A stretch of DNA of 64,000 nucleotides from Eledone cirrhosa. Lineage: Eukaryota. Both the position numbers and the translations under genes were made by a program. Below the pieces are notes generated by a model that saw nothing but the letters and a program-made list of their open reading frames with translations, did not search any database and was not told the origin of the DNA. The DNA is taken from NCBI GenBank assembly GCA_964016885.1, contig OZ024740.1:335110001-335174000 (forward strand), written 5' to 3'. Below, piece after piece: positions 14,258-27,524 of this stretch. Position 1 is the first letter of the stretch; the number at the start of each line of letters is the position of its first letter.

Positions 14258-14559
14258 TATAAAGGGAATGTCCGGGGGGCGGGTATTGCTCCCCGCAGCC
14301 TGCGTAAAATATTCGGACCAACGTGTCTTACCGGTACAGAGCTATTAGGCTGTTCCTTTACCAATTAAGTAGTGTAGGCCAGCTTAAGGTAACTTAAAGT
14401 GATTATCAAAATAAGACATGTGAAGAAGGTTTAGAGATAAATTTAAAATACAGTAAAATAGGTGTAGGCCAACTTAAGGTAACTTAAAGGAAATTGCAGA
14501 TGAGGATGAAGAAGAGATAAAGTTAAAGAATGAGGTAATTAGGGTTGGCACACACACAC

Positions 14560-14920
14560 GTATCGGTGAACCTCCATCAGTTTATACGATGAGCGTTCCA
14601 GTTTTTCTACTAAGAGAACAGCCTATATATGAAATTGATGTGTAACTGGCTGAGTACTCAACATATATGTATAATAGTAACGTAATTCTCGGGGAGATTT
14701 GGCGTGCCATAGTGTGTAACAAGGCTAGTCCATTGGCTTACGGACACAGTCCATTCAATGAGCTTCCAAATGGTTTCCGTCTACCTAATTAACTTACAAC
14801 GCTTGTGTCTACCCATGGCTATGGAGAAGGGCACTTGTCCAATACGCCACGCTGTAGGATCAAACTGAAAACCTAATGATTGCGAAGTGAACTTCTTACC
14901 CATTCAGCCCTGCTGCGTCT
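14560..14920 (-). mobile_element. Diverged tRNA-derived cephalopod SINE
   Basis: Minus strand has a tRNA-like head (ggtaagaagttc...tcctacagcgtggcgtattggacaagtgccct) and gtagacggaaac, resembling a common octopus SINE recalled from memory. Confidence 0.6.
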
Positions 14921-15309
14921 GTATATAAATGGACTTTGTATAGCTCCCTGTTGCTGTAAATTAATTAGCCGAAAAAGAAGTAATACGCAATTCACAATCT
15001 AATGAAATCTCACATGAACGGATCCTATGTGTAAAGCATTATCGGCTGTGGACATTGTGGTTTTATGGGATTATGTGTAGTGGGCACGGTAGAAAATATT
15101 TAGTCGTTAACCAATCGCCTGCTTCTGGTGTTTTAAGCAATAAAGGGTTTGAGTTAAATGTACTAGATCACCGACTGTGTAATGTAGTAATATTAACTAG
15201 CTAACACCGTGGATATTCCACGGTTTTCTTTGAAACAACACGCAACTATTAAAAATCAATATAACATTTTGGATGTTCTACTTATAAGTTATATATATAT
15301 ATATACAAT

Positions 15310-15510
15310 ATAGAAATGGCTTCTACAGGACTAGAACTGTTTCATTCGGAAAGTCGACTGTCGGCTTTCCTTTTGATTTCTATACGAATGAAACAGTTCT
15401 AGTCATGTAGAAGCCATTTCTACATTTCTTTACTACATATTTATATTCAGCTATACATTGAGTACCTTACTTACTGTGGTTACCCCCGATTGAACCCGGA
15501 ATAAACATAG
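15310..15510 (+). mobile_element. PLE-like palindrome + tail (family B)
   Basis: Arms 15311-15348 and 15385-15422; homologous to 49690-49830; HHR core decayed. Confidence 0.75.
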
Positions 15511-15603
15511 CAACCATGAAGGGTTCATTCTACTGACATGGCTATACAATTGAGGCTTATTTGCATAATTGCAAACGAATCGAATGTTATTATTAATATT
15601 CGA

Positions 15604-15792
15604 CAAGGCGGTGGATTGGCAGTGTCGGTAGAAGGTCGGACGACATGCTTTGACGCATAGAGTTACGGCCCTTGCCATTCTGTGTTCAAATCCCGCCGAG
15701 GTTAACTTTGCTTTTCATCCTTACGGGGTTGATAAAATAAAGTAGCAGTAATGCACTGGCTAATTGGTGACCTTGTGCCAAAAGTAGAAACG
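15604..15792 (+). mobile_element. tRNA-derived octopus-type SINE with 15-bp TSD
   Basis: A/B-box-like TGGCAG..GTTCAAATCC; TSD attattaatattcga at 15589-15603 and 15793-15807. Confidence 0.85.
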
Positions 15793-15827
15793 ATTATTAA
15801 TATTCGAAAAACTCAGATTACATTTAT

Positions 15828-15860
<33 letters not shown>

Positions 15861-15924
15861 TAAATAAACAAAAAGAATAAAATATATCTTTCTTCCTAAT
15901 AATCGTCTTTTTCTCCCTGTTTTC

Positions 15925-15981
<57 letters not shown>

Positions 15982-17223
15982 TATGTATTAAGTAAGTGCC
16001 GTACTAAGAGTAAGAAATGAAATTTCGTTTCATTCTATTCCATTTATATATATATATATAGGTTTAAAATGAATTGCATAGAATTTCCTCTGCTCCCCTT
16101 TCTCTATATATATTTTTGCTCCGTGGGATTTAAATACCATTTCCTTTCTCCTTCCACCTCACCCCAGGCGAGGTAGGCATACTCTTACAAGCTCCTTCGC
16201 AATATAACAGATATCTTACACGAAATATCCACCAGCTTTGATATAATAGATTGTTTGATTTTTTTCTATACGATGCCAATGAATGTTATCGACCAGTAAC
16301 TTAATATGGATAATCTCTGATGGAATGGTTCTCACACCAAGGGCTTTTCTGAAACATATTTAATTCAACTTTCTTTCACAGCAAGCCATCATGATCAAAT
16401 AAAAGACCCTATATAAAGTTATTGAACCTGAAAGAAATATGATCCAAATATAACAACATACCATCCTTAGAATTGAAGTGTAGTTATATCTCTAAATGTT
16501 TTTCTAAATAGACAAAATTATAACGACTGATATGCCTTTGATCATAGGTTGGCACAGTCAGGGTTGACGAAAGACTTAAAGGTGATATGAAATATCTTTG
16601 ATTTGATGTTTCCAAACTGATATATACCAGCGCAGAACCTTAATACGATTCAAAATGTATAGACAGTTTTCATTCACGCTTGAAAAATGAAATCTAATTT
16701 TCCCCTATTTCATTATTTCTTCTCAGATAAAAAGTACACCCTGAAATATTACTCTTTATATCATCGTATGACACATCAGCATCCATCTCATCTTTTTTAC
16801 AGAATATTTCCAAATATTCTATGTTGAACGGGTTTATTCAGTTCATCTCTAACTTTAAATATACTGTCTTACTAAACAAATCTTATGAGAAAATTAATAT
16901 TATATAACTATAAAATTATTAGAATTATCTGAATAGCTTATGAGATGTATAATAACGATTATAGATTCCTCTCCTCTCCATCCAGCTTTCCTCCATTGAT
17001 TTGTTTTCGCTTTTTGTGTAATTTATATATATATGTTTACTTTTCATTTACAGAAGGGCACATATTCATTATAATAGTACCATTCTAAATTTTGAAAAGC
17101 AAATCAAACTTTGAAATCATAATTTATTTACATCTAATATAACTGTGTAATTTTACTTCCTGTGTTTTGGTTTATTTCATTTATTAATTGCATATACATA
17201 TATATATATATACATATATATAT

Positions 17224-17302
<79 letters not shown>

Positions 17303-17471
17303 TTATAATATAATATGATATATAATATATATATATATATATATATAATATAATATAATATAATATATAATATATATATATACATATATATATATATAAT
17401 ATATAATATATATACATATATAATATATATATATTTAATATATATGCATATATATATATATATGTATGTAT

Positions 17472-17622
17472 CCGAACTAAATTCAGCTCTAGCTGTTGAA
17501 ACGGCCGGAGCTCAGCCTTCGAGATCCTGAATCCTTTCATATTACCCACTCTACTACCCCACATAGCGAGTACTCTGGTGCATTATGATCCATCTGGTAT
17601 CTTACCACACCCTCTTTGTTAT
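17472..17622 (+). mobile_element. PLE family A diverged terminus about 95 bp from an iGluR exon
   Basis: gaaacggccggagctcagcc...attacccactctactacc...cttaccacac. Confidence 0.75.
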
Positions 17623-17714
17623 ATATATAGAGAGAGATTATTTTATTATTACAATTGAACACTCAATAATAACTTGTAGCTACCAATTTGACATGATATT
17701 AGTTAAAGACTTAC

Positions 17715-17912
17715 CTGTTTGATGGCTTTCACAATTTTGTCCCCCAGCACCCACGACACCAAAGGGTAGGGTGTGCAGTGGACACTATTGGTATTATTCC
17801 ACAGCCTACCCCTTCCACTACCGCCTGAAAATACTTTCTTATCTTCGTGGTACATTATCTCCAAAGCGCGTAAAAGAGTATCGATGCTGTCGAATATCGC
17901 TACTTCGTCATA
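17715..17912 (-). CDS. Exon of AMPA-like iGluR ATD (YDEVAIFDSIDTLLRALEIMYHEDKKVFSGGSGRGRLWNNTNSVHCTPYPLVSWVLGDKIVKAIKQ)
   Basis: tttcAG|TATGAC...AAACAG|GTaagt; 198 bp = 66 open codons; the C-x-P-x-x-x-x-W-x-x-G...KQ pattern resembles GluA [21 protein letters not shown]. Not in the ORF track. Confidence 0.9.
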
Positions 17913-18730
17913 CTGAAATATAAAAATATAGAAATGTATTATGTAAACATTGGGGAAGAGTTAATTGTGGTGTAATTCTATCATACTGAAGCATAGGTGT
18001 TTGTTGCCCAGCGCTGTTCTTACGAATATATATATATATATTCGCCAGGGCCCAGCGTTGTGTGACGGATATACCTGTACTGCTGTACTGAAACGCAGTA
18101 AATAAAAAACATGCAATGATTTACCGGAGAAATGAAACTTGAGGATTAATCTCATAAACGCTACACTGGTTTAATGTATATATTTACTGAATTTACGGGA
18201 TCATACAGTGATATATGGTAACACTGAAATATGCACGAGTATAAGCAGTTAATTTCGTTAATGAAACATACTGTGATTAGTAATTTAATCACCACGTGAG
18301 TTGAATTGCTTTATAAATGTTTAAATGTCCGTTTTAATGGTTACAAAATGCTTCTAATACAATGAATAAATGCATCACGATAAGAACACAAATAAAATTC
18401 TTTAAACTAGACATAACCTTGAGACGTATATTTGTTAGATAAATATATCAGCTTCGGGCAAAGATCTATCTCTACATCAAGTCTGAATCATTGAACAAGG
18501 TTATACCTGAACTTTCACAAACATTTCATAGAATTTGCCCGCTATCAGCTTTCATTTGTCATTCAAGTATAATTCCAAAAGTGATTTGTCATTCAAGTAT
18601 AATTCCAAAAGTGATTTGTCAAAGCGATTTGCAAATTAGTCTAAATTAAACCAATCAACCAGATATTTAACAATTTGTATTTCAGATAAATCTTCTATTG
18701 AGTTCAAAATGTAAAAGTCCCTTTACTTAC

Positions 18731-18889
18731 TGACAATGTTTGTCCTGCGCCAGACCAAAGGTCTGTACTTAGTTGATTCCAATTGTGTTGTAACTTTTTT
18801 ATTGATGGACTATTTCGATTTACAATTTGGAATCCAGTTATGGTCACTCCTCCGTAGGTGAAGTTTCTCAAATCAAGTTCTGCAATGCC
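18731..18889 (-). CDS. Exon of AMPA-like iGluR ATD (GIAELDLRNFTYGGVTITGFQIVNRNSPSIKKLQHNWNQLSTDLWSGAGQTLS)
   Basis: aaacAG|GGCATT...TTGTCA|GTaagt; 159 bp = 53 codons; GGVTITGFQIV matches the GluA motif GGANVTGFQLV; lies inside ORF 18704..18910. Confidence 0.92.
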
Positions 18890-21325
18890 CTGTTTTAATA
18901 GATTAAACATTTTGAATTAGTCGTGTATGTGTGTAAATATGTTTAGTGCAGTTGATGGTTTTAGATCCGACATTACGAATATTCATCATGTCAAGGTGAG
19001 TACCTCACTGTTTAAATCAAGTTCTGCACATCTTATCGATGATGTGGTTAATTGTGTTACAACCACTATTGCAAAGCAACATATCTATCACGTTGAGAGT
19101 AATCGGAAAATAAGAATTTCTTCAATTCAGTGTCGTAGAACGAGTGTTAAGCTCCAGTCAAGATTGGACCATGTAGGTTTGTTGCATCTTATTAAAAACA
19201 GTATGATGTTCATTGGAACTACGAATAACTTTATCTAGTTCAGCGTTTGTTGGAGAATTGCATAGCCCTCACAATAAAACTTATATGGGAACAAGTCTAA
19301 CTTCTGCACGAGTATTCATTGAAATGTTTTCATTAGATTAGTATTACGCATGCTGTCGGTCATCATAATGCACATGGCTAAGTAAACAAAGATAATATTA
19401 AAACTCACAATTGAGGAAGTATATATAAAAGGGGGTATATTTAATCTTGTGATCTCTATTTTCAGCCAAAACGTTTCATTACTATTAAAACCCATTAAAT
19501 AAATGAAAAGAAAAATTCATATATTCTAACATTAATTTTAGTAAAGAACACTTTGAAAATTTCATCTACGAACATTAGTTATTCGTTTTAATATAAAGCA
19601 ACCAGAATTAATAACAAACCATATGGTTAATTGAAGAGATAAGTCTTCGATTTTCGTTTTCCGGATAATATTTGGGCCTCTGATTAGTTTTAAGATTATA
19701 CAATTCGTTTTCAATTATTAAACGAAAAATGGGATGTATTTTGTTTAGTAGATGTGTGGGTGAACATCAGAAAAAGATTTTAATTTAGATTCCTTTTACA
19801 ATAATTGATAATTTTAAATATTTTATAAGAGGAAGGGAAAGGATTTAGAATAATAGAGTAAATTTTCTGTAAATTACATATAAGTCTTCCTAATCTAAAA
19901 TCAAATTTGTGTGCCAGTCGCATCTAGTCGAGTTAGTAATGTAATGTTTTAGGATATTACGATATATATCCACACGAAAATGCTAATAATATTCCACAAA
20001 GTATCCATTTCCATTTAAGAGAGACGAAATTGTCTAGCAAATGCATCAATATTTAATCGAGAAAATTGGAAAGTTCCTGTAAGCATCAAAACTACTAAGT
20101 ATTCTGTGTAATTTAACAATCTAATTTACGATAATAATGAACTCAGGATTTGTTGGCAGTATTTCGTGAAATAAAAATACGACAAATATGTAGTAAGTAT
20201 TCTCTCACGGCGGATGACCAACACAGCTCGTAAGCTTGCCACAATCCACACATGGGCATGTATGTTTGTATTTCAACTTTGAAAGCTTTCGTCTCTCTAC
20301 TGCTGTTACTTTTTATACAGAATTCGAATATATATATATATTATTTATGTTCATTCATGGATAAATATCGCTACTTGTAGTTTCAAGGTCTACTATTGAC
20401 TATATGTCCAGATTGTAAAAGGGATCAACACTGTGACCTATTTTTCAAGCGATTTAACAAAGATTAGGCCTCAATTGTGATTGCTCTTACAAACAGGAGG
20501 TATGATCAAATAAGTGAATAAAGGAATAGATAAATACATTTAAAAAAAAAGTATATATATATATAATGTAGAATAAAAAAATAAATAATAATAATAGAAA
20601 TAAACTGGGTGGGACGGAAATAAAGGGACCCTTATACGAGGTATAAGTGCGTGTATCGTACGGTGACGGGTCAACAAAGGGGGGGGGGGAGAATACTAAA
20701 GAGACTACCACGAAATAATAAAGGTTTCTACCCCAATCACAGGGCCAGCAACCACCCAGTGCAAGAAAGTAAACTAGTACGAGAATATAATTCAGGGTCC
20801 CGCAAAAAAATACTAGTGCTAACTCTAAGGGTACCGCCACGAAACAAAAAGTCTTATACAAGCTACATGAAAGATCGTACGAAGTAAAAGTAAAGAACGG
20901 AAAATTAATACAGGAACACCCCCCCCCCCCCAAAAAAGGGAAAAAGAAGAAAGAAATACTGGATAAACGAGAAATTAAAGCAAAGATGCCACTAAGAAAT
21001 ATAGAAGGCACGGAAAAAAGTGCAGCGGTCGGAAAAGGGGGCGAGTATCCGAAGTCTAACACCTCTGCTATGAAAAGCGGAGTCAGCCAAATCTATCATA
21101 GAATAGGGGAGGGGGTGGGGGTGCTGACGCTACAAGGGACCGAGGGGCTACCTCGGGTGGGCGAGAAAAAGACGACGACAAAGAAAAAAGAACTGGGGTA
21201 GAAGGACTAGGGAGGGATGGGGGGAAGGAGGAAATATAGAGGAAGCGATAAAAGAATGTAAAAGAAGATCTTACGTCTCCATTGGCAAGCAGGGGTTACC
21301 CATTACAAAATAGGCAAGTGGGCTG

Positions 21326-21619
21326 TTATAGCCCTAGTCTACCCCCCCCCCCCGGGTCATTATGGGGTTTGAGGGCGAGGTAAGTCCTACGTAATCGGTG
21401 GTTACATGCAGTAACCAGTTCATCTTTCTTGTTTAGGAGTTGGTCCGTCGAAAACAACATTTGTAATGTTTCCTCCGAGCATAAATTGCACGGACGGCGT
21501 CCTCCCGTGTAAGAGTTGGCTCTGGACAGTAATTTCCAAGTGAGATCATAGTTGATGTTGTTGTCCTTGAGGTCCCATATGTGGCCCGAAAGTGTAGTGG
21601 TGTGACGCCGGGCCGGGTT
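21326..21619 (-). pseudogene. C-terminal part of a PLE GIY-YIG endonuclease domain (Naiad-like signature)
   Basis: Manual translation NPARRHTTTLSGHIWDLKDNNINYDLTWKLLSRANSYTGGRRPCNLCSEETLQMLFSTDQLLNKKDELVTACNHR fits the PLE pattern LS.HIW.LK..W.I...CNLC.EE...LNK..E....C.H. Not in the ORF track. Confidence 0.85.
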
Positions 21620-22426
21620 TCTTCTTCCCTTTTTTGGGTGGGGTGGGGGTGGGTGTTCCTGTATTAATTTTCCGTTCTTTACTTTTACTTCGTACGATCT
21701 TTCATGTAGCTTGTATAAGACTTTTTGTTTCGTGGCGGTACCCTTAGAGTTAGCACTAGTATTTTTTTGCGGGACCCTGAATTATATTCTCGTACTAGTT
21801 TACTTTCTTGCACTGGGTGGTTGCTGGCCCTGTGATTGGGGTAGAAACCTTTATTATTTCGTGGTAGTCTCTTTAGTATTCTCCCCCCCCCTTTGTTGAC
21901 CCGTCACCGTACGATACACGCACTTATACCTCGTATAAGGGTCCCTTTATTTCCGTCCCACCTAGTTTATTTCTATTATTATTATTTATTTTTTTATTCT
22001 ACATTATATATATATATATATATAATTTTTTTTTAAATTCATTTATCTATTCCTTTATTCACTTATTTGTTTATTTATTTTTTTATGTATTTCTTTAGCC
22101 TAGCAATAGCGAGAGACTTAAGTCTTAGTAACCAGACTTTGCTTATTTTTTTTTTCTCTCTCAGTACCTTTTATAGTTTTACCCTCATTGTTCTACTTAC
22201 CGTTTCGACCTCCTCCCCCTCCCCCTCCCCAGTATCCTCTTTGACCTCACACCCAGCTGTAGCTGGCACTACCAACGCATGAATGGGTCTACTCCACCCT
22301 CTCCCCCTTTTTCTCCTACCGGCAGGTTTAGCTACCCCTTCCCCCACCAATTTGCCATCACAGATTTACTACTAACTTGTGATGTGACCAATCCTGGTGA
22401 TTATCTCTTTGACCATATATGGAATT

Positions 22427-22521
22427 ACCCCCTTGATAAGCTCGGCTATTTAAATACCAGAATAAATTTTCATTCAGTACAGAATTAGCCGTCGAAACGG
22501 CTTGAGCTCAGCCGTCGGGGT
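22427..22521 (+). ncRNA. Degenerate type I HHR of PLE family A
   Basis: ACCCC-CUUGAUAA(mutated)-..CGGCUA..UAGCCG..-GAAACGG..CCGUC-GGGGU. Confidence 0.62.
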
Positions 22522-24718
22522 CTTACTTGTTCATATTACCCACTCTACTACCCCAAGTATTGAGTACTTTGGTGCGTTATGGTCCACCTGGTTCCTTACC
22601 ACATTTCCTTCGTTATATATATATATAAGTGAGTGTGTTTGTATGTGTGCGTGCGTGTGTGCCTGTAAGTGTATGAGTTTATGTGTGATTTTATAAATAT
22701 ATATTTATATACTAGGTATATTAATATGGAATTTTACGCAAATTATGATAGGACCGTCGACAGTGATCGTCCTACGTATATGTTGCATGGAGGAAAACTG
22801 CATAGATTACTAGACTAAGACAAACTGACAAATTTCAAGTTCATATTTAGCGTATCTAATAGATAAACAAAATATAATTGTGTACTTCTTGTCATATCGC
22901 ATGATATAGATTTTAATTGGGCAGCCACTTAGGTACCAGTGGACGGATCAATCCTATCGCTATCAATCATAGCTTAGTTTCAGGTATGCTGACTGAAACG
23001 ATCCCAGTTTAAATGTAATAATATAATATGAATATTATAAACCAAGATTTAATATAAGTTGTTAAATCAAAATTTAATGCCAAAGAGAGGAAATTGGAAC
23101 ATTATCCTCTGAAAGCTCTTTAAACCTCAGGAAATGACTTTTACGTCCTGAACTATTGGACAGAAAGATAACAACAACAATAAAAAACAAAACAAAGATT
23201 ACCAGGTAACATACTTTTCGTTACCTCATCTTACAGTCCATTTTGCATTGTTTAGCATTCTATCTCGTTCAACGTTATATAAATATTTATGTTAATATAA
23301 GAGTTCACAACTAAGGATTTATATATGGTTAGAATTTTAATTTACTTTGAAGCATTTTTTTAAATATCATTCCTCGAAAAACTATATCTTAGTATATAGA
23401 TTTGATGAAAGAAGATATTGCAACGCGGGCGTTTCAAGACAGTAATTTCAAACATTCCCGTGGCAGAAATATATGTTGCAAACTGATTACAACGGGGAAT
23501 GTACAACTATGAATTAAAAATGAAATATATGGCTGACTACGAAAATGCATTAAAATTATTAAAGAGTGTAACATCTAAGATATTGCTTTGTTTTAAAATT
23601 ATCTACTTACAATTATTAAGACAGAACAATTATTTATGAAGGGTTAAAACAGGGTTGATTTAACTACACCATACTGAGATGACTGTGAACTTTTACGTGA
23701 CCATTGTACTAGCTAGAATTCGCACAATAATCTCCCTCATATCGCAGCGTAAGAAATCTATATAGTGTGGTGCTCAAAATTGAATATTCGTATCCTGAGA
23801 GAGAATAGCTTATACATATGTATTTATTTACTATATGAAGCTGGATTATAGTATCAAAATTGTTCTATATACATTGAGTATTACCCATCTTTTTCTAAAG
23901 TAAATTTCGTTTCTGTAAACTAGTTTCAAATTTGATCTCATATTTTTCCACAAATCGGATTCTCTGAAAAAATCTTAATCGACCAACATTTATTTATTTC
24001 CATCTGCTAGTCATTTGCACCTTCACCACATTGGTATTTAGTTAGTAAATTAGTAAAATTTAATTGACAATCTCGGAAAACTTTACAAGAGTCCTTAAGA
24101 GTCATTTTCCTTCATTAAAAATCAAGTCATTAACTGAAACAGTAGAAAAAATAAATGACTGAAACGAAATGCAATAAAATGAATAAAGAATCCATTATCT
24201 TTTAAAACGAACAATGACTAATATTATTCATGCATTTTATAAAATCATTTACTAGAGGTTTCCTGGAGCTTGTAAATCTTTAAAATTCGATAAAGTAGCC
24301 CTCAACTTTTGACAGCTCACATTAGAGCAATTTACAGCAAGTGAAAATTATCGCTGATGCTCTCATGAAATGCTAAATTGTTTTTACATTATTACACCAA
24401 TTTACTTTAGTTAAATGAAGTTGCATTTCAAGCGAACGTTGCAACGAACTTTATGTTAGCCGTTATTGTTGCTATTGCTGTTGTTAATTCATCTCAATTT
24501 TTTCGTTTATTTTTTTTTTAACCTGGCAGATTCGACAACCTGTCTAATGCAACATCTTTCGTCAGCCAAGTAGGTTGTGAATGTCAAAATATGATTCGAA
24601 TAGACGGGATTTGAAGAAATAGCAACAATAAGACGAGAACGTAATACTTGGTATAAATCTAACTATAAAATACGATCACTCAACAGCATAGAATGTATAT
24701 GAATGTCATTCTACTCAC

Positions 24719-24772
24719 CAACCCACCGAGAATATAATGGTAATGGTCTTTGTTCATTCCGACATCCATAAT
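24719..24772 (-). CDS. Exon of AMPA-like ionotropic glutamate receptor, amino-terminal domain (IMDVGMNKDHYHYILGGL)
   Basis: Minus strand ttttgcAG|ATTATGGAT...GGGTTG|GTgagt; 54 bp, phase 0; resembles the GluA segment IVSVGKHVKGYHYIIANL; splices in frame to the next exon. Confidence 0.88.
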
Positions 24773-25894
24773 CTGCAAAAGAAAATAAATAATTTGGCGA
24801 AGTTAAATAAAGATGACGTGTGTCAATTATTTTCGTGTTTCTAACATTTTTTTAGGAATTTCAATTAAGTATTTAAATAGTTTCAATTCAAATAATCTTT
24901 TAAAATTTGAAATTTTAGCAAAATTAAAATTGCACATATGTTTGATAAATGCAGTGTGTAACTATATATATAAATATATGATATATATATAGAATATCAT
25001 ATGTGTGTAGGTGGGAGTATGTGAGTGCGTGTGTACGTATGGCCAGTAAATTTGGAGGTTAGATGTGTGTGTGTGTATGTGCGTGTAATTAGAATGGCTG
25101 TTTAAAATGTTATATTACTTAAAACTTTTAAACATGAACTACTTACAACTTCAATACATGTACATATATTGTAAATTTTGTTCCATGAGGAGAAACTGTA
25201 TCTTCTTCGCTCTATCTGGCAACGACCAGCCTGAAGATTTCAACTCATTTCTATCGCAATCTCTCTGTGTGTCTCTCTCTTTATATATGTATATTGTAAT
25301 AGTGTAATTATGAAGAACAATACTTATTTATACATACAGGTAGGGCTGACTCAATACACCTCACTCTATTCTATTTCGTCTTTTATCTCTCATTTTATTT
25401 TCTGATGAAGAAGTAGTGTCCAAAATGTACAGATACTTTCCCTACTATATCAAGATTTAAACTAATATATTTCTTTATTGTCCTGTATTGATTGATTTGA
25501 TGTTGCCATTTACATTTTGCATAGACACACACACACATACGTGTGTACGTATGTCTCTATGTGTATGCGTGGGTGTGGTTTCATGTATGTATCTGTGTAT
25601 GTGCGTGTATTTGTGGTGTGTGGAGTGTGTTATTATACGCAGTTCCTTCCAAAGACTTCAATCCGCTATCACGTAACAGGTAGACAGCAGTATAAAACAC
25701 GCCGGCACAAATCAAACTCCCACCCTTTCGATCGTGAGCCAAACAGTATAACCCATAAGGTATGTGAATTTCCATGAATGCATACATACATGAATATAGA
25801 TTTAGTAACATATTACATTTTTTTTAAATATTCTAAAGGTACCCTTACCTGCCTATTTTATGCATACATACATACAAACATACATACATACATA

Positions 25895-27508
25895 CAAACA
25901 TCAGTCTATATAGATATGATGAACAAAATAATAAGTGTCACTGAGGCCCCATCCCAGAAAGACATAAATTCCTTTTGGAGCAAAGTATGGGGTGAAAACG
26001 AGAATACTACACCCGATTAAGAGAGATCTGGTCATCGGAACTCTCTGCGCAAAACAAAACAGTGGCTCACAATGTGTTTGATGTGCCTGTCCTAACACCA
26101 ACATTTGGAATACTCAATTGGACGATAGACGAAATCCGAGCGAAATGGAACTCGAAAAATACTAATCACCGGAAACTTCCACATCAACAGTGACATAGAC
26201 CGCTTTTACTTGAAACGTAAGCAGGGATGCAGAGGCCTAACATCAGTCCAGACAACATTTGAATATCGCATCATATCTCTCCAACAACATCTACGAACTT
26301 CGAAGCATAGGAGCGCGTTTCTCGAGCAAGTCTATCTGCATGAAACAGATAAGATCATGATAGTTGGGCAGGAAGGCCTCAAGAGATATTCCCTGTGTGA
26401 TAATGAAAAATTCACACACAGGGAAGTCGCTCAGCAGTATCTCAGTGAATCCATGGATGAAAAACGGCATGCTTATCAGCAAAACATCATGCATGGATAT
26501 GTTGACAGGAAGCTCCAGAGTGAGAGTAATATGGATAAGGAAAGTAGTCTATCTTGGACCAACAATCGCTATATTGGCTCCCACCTTGAAGGATACGCTT
26601 TTGCAATCCAAAAACAGGAGATTAACACGAAATACCTGATTCACAAAAGAGATAGGAATGCAGGCAAAACACCTAGATGCGATAACAAGTGCCGACTCTG
26701 CAGAACTAACATCGAGGATATCACCCTTGTCATCAGCAACTGTCCAAAGGTGTCATCACGGTCCTATCTACCTATGAGGCATGATTAGTGGGCAAAACAC
26801 TGTACAATGCAGTTCGTAAAAAAGATAGCCCCGATAACAAACACATTAAAAGCTACAACAATGTGGAAGACATCCATGTACATAATATGAAAGAGTACAG
26901 GTGGAATATTCCAGTAAAATCCCTAATAAAATGCAGGCATAACAGACCAGATATTATCATATGGGACAGGGAGAAGAAAGCAGGCACAGTAGTGGAAATT
27001 AGCTGCCCAGCAGATGCCAATATAATATCAAAGATTAATGAAAATGAGAATATTTATGCAGAACTGATGAGAAATATGCAGATACTCCACCCTGATTACA
27101 CCTTCAGATGTATGTCTGTGATTATTGGGACACTGGGGTATGTTAGTAACTGCCTCAATACAAATCTTCAGAAGCTAGGCTTCACAGGAAAAGAAGGAAC
27201 ACAAATAGTTAGGAAATTACAAGTACAATCCATTAATGGAACAGTAAAAATATGTAAAACATTCCAAACATTTTGCATCTTATAACTGCATATACAATTG
27301 TACAGATGCAAAGCATATACACATGCACACATATAACTCAAAACATACACATCCACACATACAATAACATCAATATCTACACATGCATGCATACATAATC
27401 TACCTAGTTGATGTTGTGTAAATTCCAATGAGAGGGTCTTGTATCTATGTTAGAAACCGACTCTCTCTTTATTGGGAAAAAATTTGTGAAATTATAAAAT
27501 CAGAAGAA
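25895..27508 (+). mobile_element. RLE LINE family RA (CATA-inserted), truncated, RT core deleted
   Basis: ORFs 26210-26788 and 26788-27285 carry CRLC, RHD, HNRPD, VEISCP; jumps from the pre-RT to the post-RT region near 26000; (CATA)n flanks. Confidence 0.9.
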
Positions 27509-27524
27509 TATACATACATACATA

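Larger units (their letters stand above)
20507..22615. mobile_element. Penelope-like element (family A) 3' region with inverted partial duplication
   Basis: Arms 20507-20942 and 21625-22069 are near-perfect inverted copies; GIY-YIG C-terminus lies between them; degenerate HHR and tail at 22427-22615 end in (TA)n. Confidence 0.85.

Noticed and set aside
15604-15700. tRNA gene
   Set aside because: The A/B-box-like head belongs to a repeated SINE with a TSD; no cloverleaf.
18870-19028. 15-mer aaatcaagttctgca shared by exon and adjacent intron as a possible editing complementary sequence
   Set aside because: It is a direct repeat, not inverted, so it cannot pair with the exon.
20487-21062. 191-aa hydrophobic ORF and its mirror at 21711-21899
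   Set aside because: They lie in the T-rich PLE 3' UTR inverted repeat; low complexity and no motif.
20945-21325. SECIS element, as reported for some Naiad PLEs
   Set aside because: No AUGA..AA..GA kink-turn hairpin found and no in-frame UGA in the visible peptide.
20507-22069. DNA transposon with long TIRs (MULE or foldback)
   Set aside because: No TSD seen, the right arm continues into an HHR and tail, and the internal peptide is a PLE endonuclease.
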